A stretch of 64,000 nt of DNA from the IMG/VR virus record IMGVR_UViG_3300042868_012782, positions 18,771-82,770 of that record; one strand, 5' to 3'. Below, one piece after another: positions 63,262-64,000 of the stretch. A program made the translations under genes and the position numbers. How positions within the stretch are numbered: position 1 is the first letter of the stretch; each line of letters opens with the position of its first letter. Source of the DNA: a virus. The notes beneath the pieces are model-generated. The model had not been told where the DNA came from, searched no databases, and saw only the letters and a program-made list of their open reading frames with translations.

Positions 63262-63765
63262 TCACTCATAGCTGGGCAACTCAAAGTCAAACCTAAAACT
63301 TTGACCACTGCCCCCGCTGTAATAGGTATTAAGGAAGCGTCGACACATAACCCACACTTCCCTTTCGTAGTCAAAGTACACGCCAGCCACAACCACACTA
63401 CCAAAGTTTCCGTTGTTGTTATTTTTTATGTTCTTCATATAAAGGGTGTTGGTTTCACCAAACTTTAGGTCTCCTTCGGATAGCGTCGTGCGAGTCAAGC
63501 CTCTCGGCGGAAGCTCTTTGCAGCAGCGAGAGTCGGACTCCAGCAGATTGTCGTTTGGCTCAATCGTCGCATTAGTGCGAAAGAACGTGCCGATGCAAAA
63601 ATTAGTTTCTAGGATTATGTTACCCATGTCCTTATTGTTGAGGTACAGAGTAAAGTTGTCGTCTAGGGCTGCATTGATGTTGCAAACGTAGATGATGTAG
63701 TCTGTCTCTCGGTCGCACCCCTTGCAACACTCAGCGCAATCTAGGTATTCAGTAATCATACTCAT
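63262..63765 (-). CDS. Cys-containing putative virion protein
   Basis: Coupled ORF in the minus-strand operon. Confidence 0.6.
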   Translation of the reverse strand: MSMITEYLDCAECCKGCDRETDYIIYVCNINAALDDNFTLYLNNKDMGNIILETNFCIGTFFRTNATIEPNDNLLESDSRCCKELPPRGLTRTTLSEGDLKFGETNTLYMKNIKNNNNGNFGSVVVAGVYFDYEREVWVMCRRFLNTYYSGGSGQSFRFDFELPSYE

Positions 63766-64000
63766 GGTGTTGGTGTCACATATTCCTTAGCGTATACCAG
63801 ATCGTAGGTCTTCTTAGTGACTTTGAGCAAGCCGCTTGAGCATACCAGATCGGTCACAAATGCCTGACGTACGGTAGCGGGTTGATCTGTGGCCAGCACT
63901 ACATAAAGTTCGGATCCAGGTAAAGGCGCAACAATTACCTTGTATCCCGACTCAACTGGCACGTTCACATAGTTATAAGCGGTAATGGTCCCGCCAGAGT
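63762..64000 (-). CDS. hypothetical protein, 5' end outside the window
   Basis: Frame stays open from 63762 to the window edge. Confidence 0.55.
   Translation of the reverse strand, partial: SGGTITAYNYVNVPVESGYKVIVAPLPGSELYVVLATDQPATVRQAFVTDLVCSSGLLKVTKKTYDLVYAKEYVTPTP

Noticed and set aside
1-64000. Stop-codon reassignment or tRNA genes
   Set aside because: Conserved genes are full length under code 11 and all three stops are used; no cloverleaf with a T-loop was seen in the gaps

Overview
A gene-dense 64-kb segment of a large tailed-phage genome (standard code 11). Nearly all genes are on + until a convergent switch at ~60.8 kb. No rRNA, tRNA or CRISPR array was seen. 0-15 kb holds small accessory and regulatory genes: CsrA, a LexA-type HTH, a candidate ~400-nt structured RNA, a macrodomain, a RimI-like GNAT, a C5 methyltransferase with a nested alternative-frame ORF, HNH, a sigma factor, DUF932 and a ferritin-like protein. 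15-28 kb has two glycosyltransferases (GTs), ThyX, a second sigma factor, a papain-like protease and virion/tail-type proteins, including a 1369-aa protein with mucin-like Thr/Pro tracts. 28-48 kb is nucleotide metabolism and replication: class II RNR with a Gln-ending intein, RecA with a Glu-starting class-3 intein, DnaB, primase, dNMP kinase, a Cas4-like nuclease that seems to start at ATT, MazG, an intein-free split DnaE with a 3'-5' exonuclease between its halves, and SSB. 48-59 kb is a glyco-modification island (many GTs, PhoH, a nucleotidyltransferase, a degenerate GHMP kinase and an Arg-tRNA-protein-transferase-like enzyme). After 60.8 kb is the end of an oppositely oriented, probably structural operon with another GT. 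The best candidates for new biology are (1) a phage-encoded glycosylation system (~12 GT-like genes) with a possible mucin-like virion substrate and a tRNA-dependent aminoacyl-transferase, (2) the structured RNA, (3) the split DnaE, and (4) a recurring CGGTGTA promoter-like motif possibly read by the phage sigma factors. All family calls come from recognising motifs by eye; no database searches were run. Several starts were moved from the ORF track to better RBS or coupling positions.
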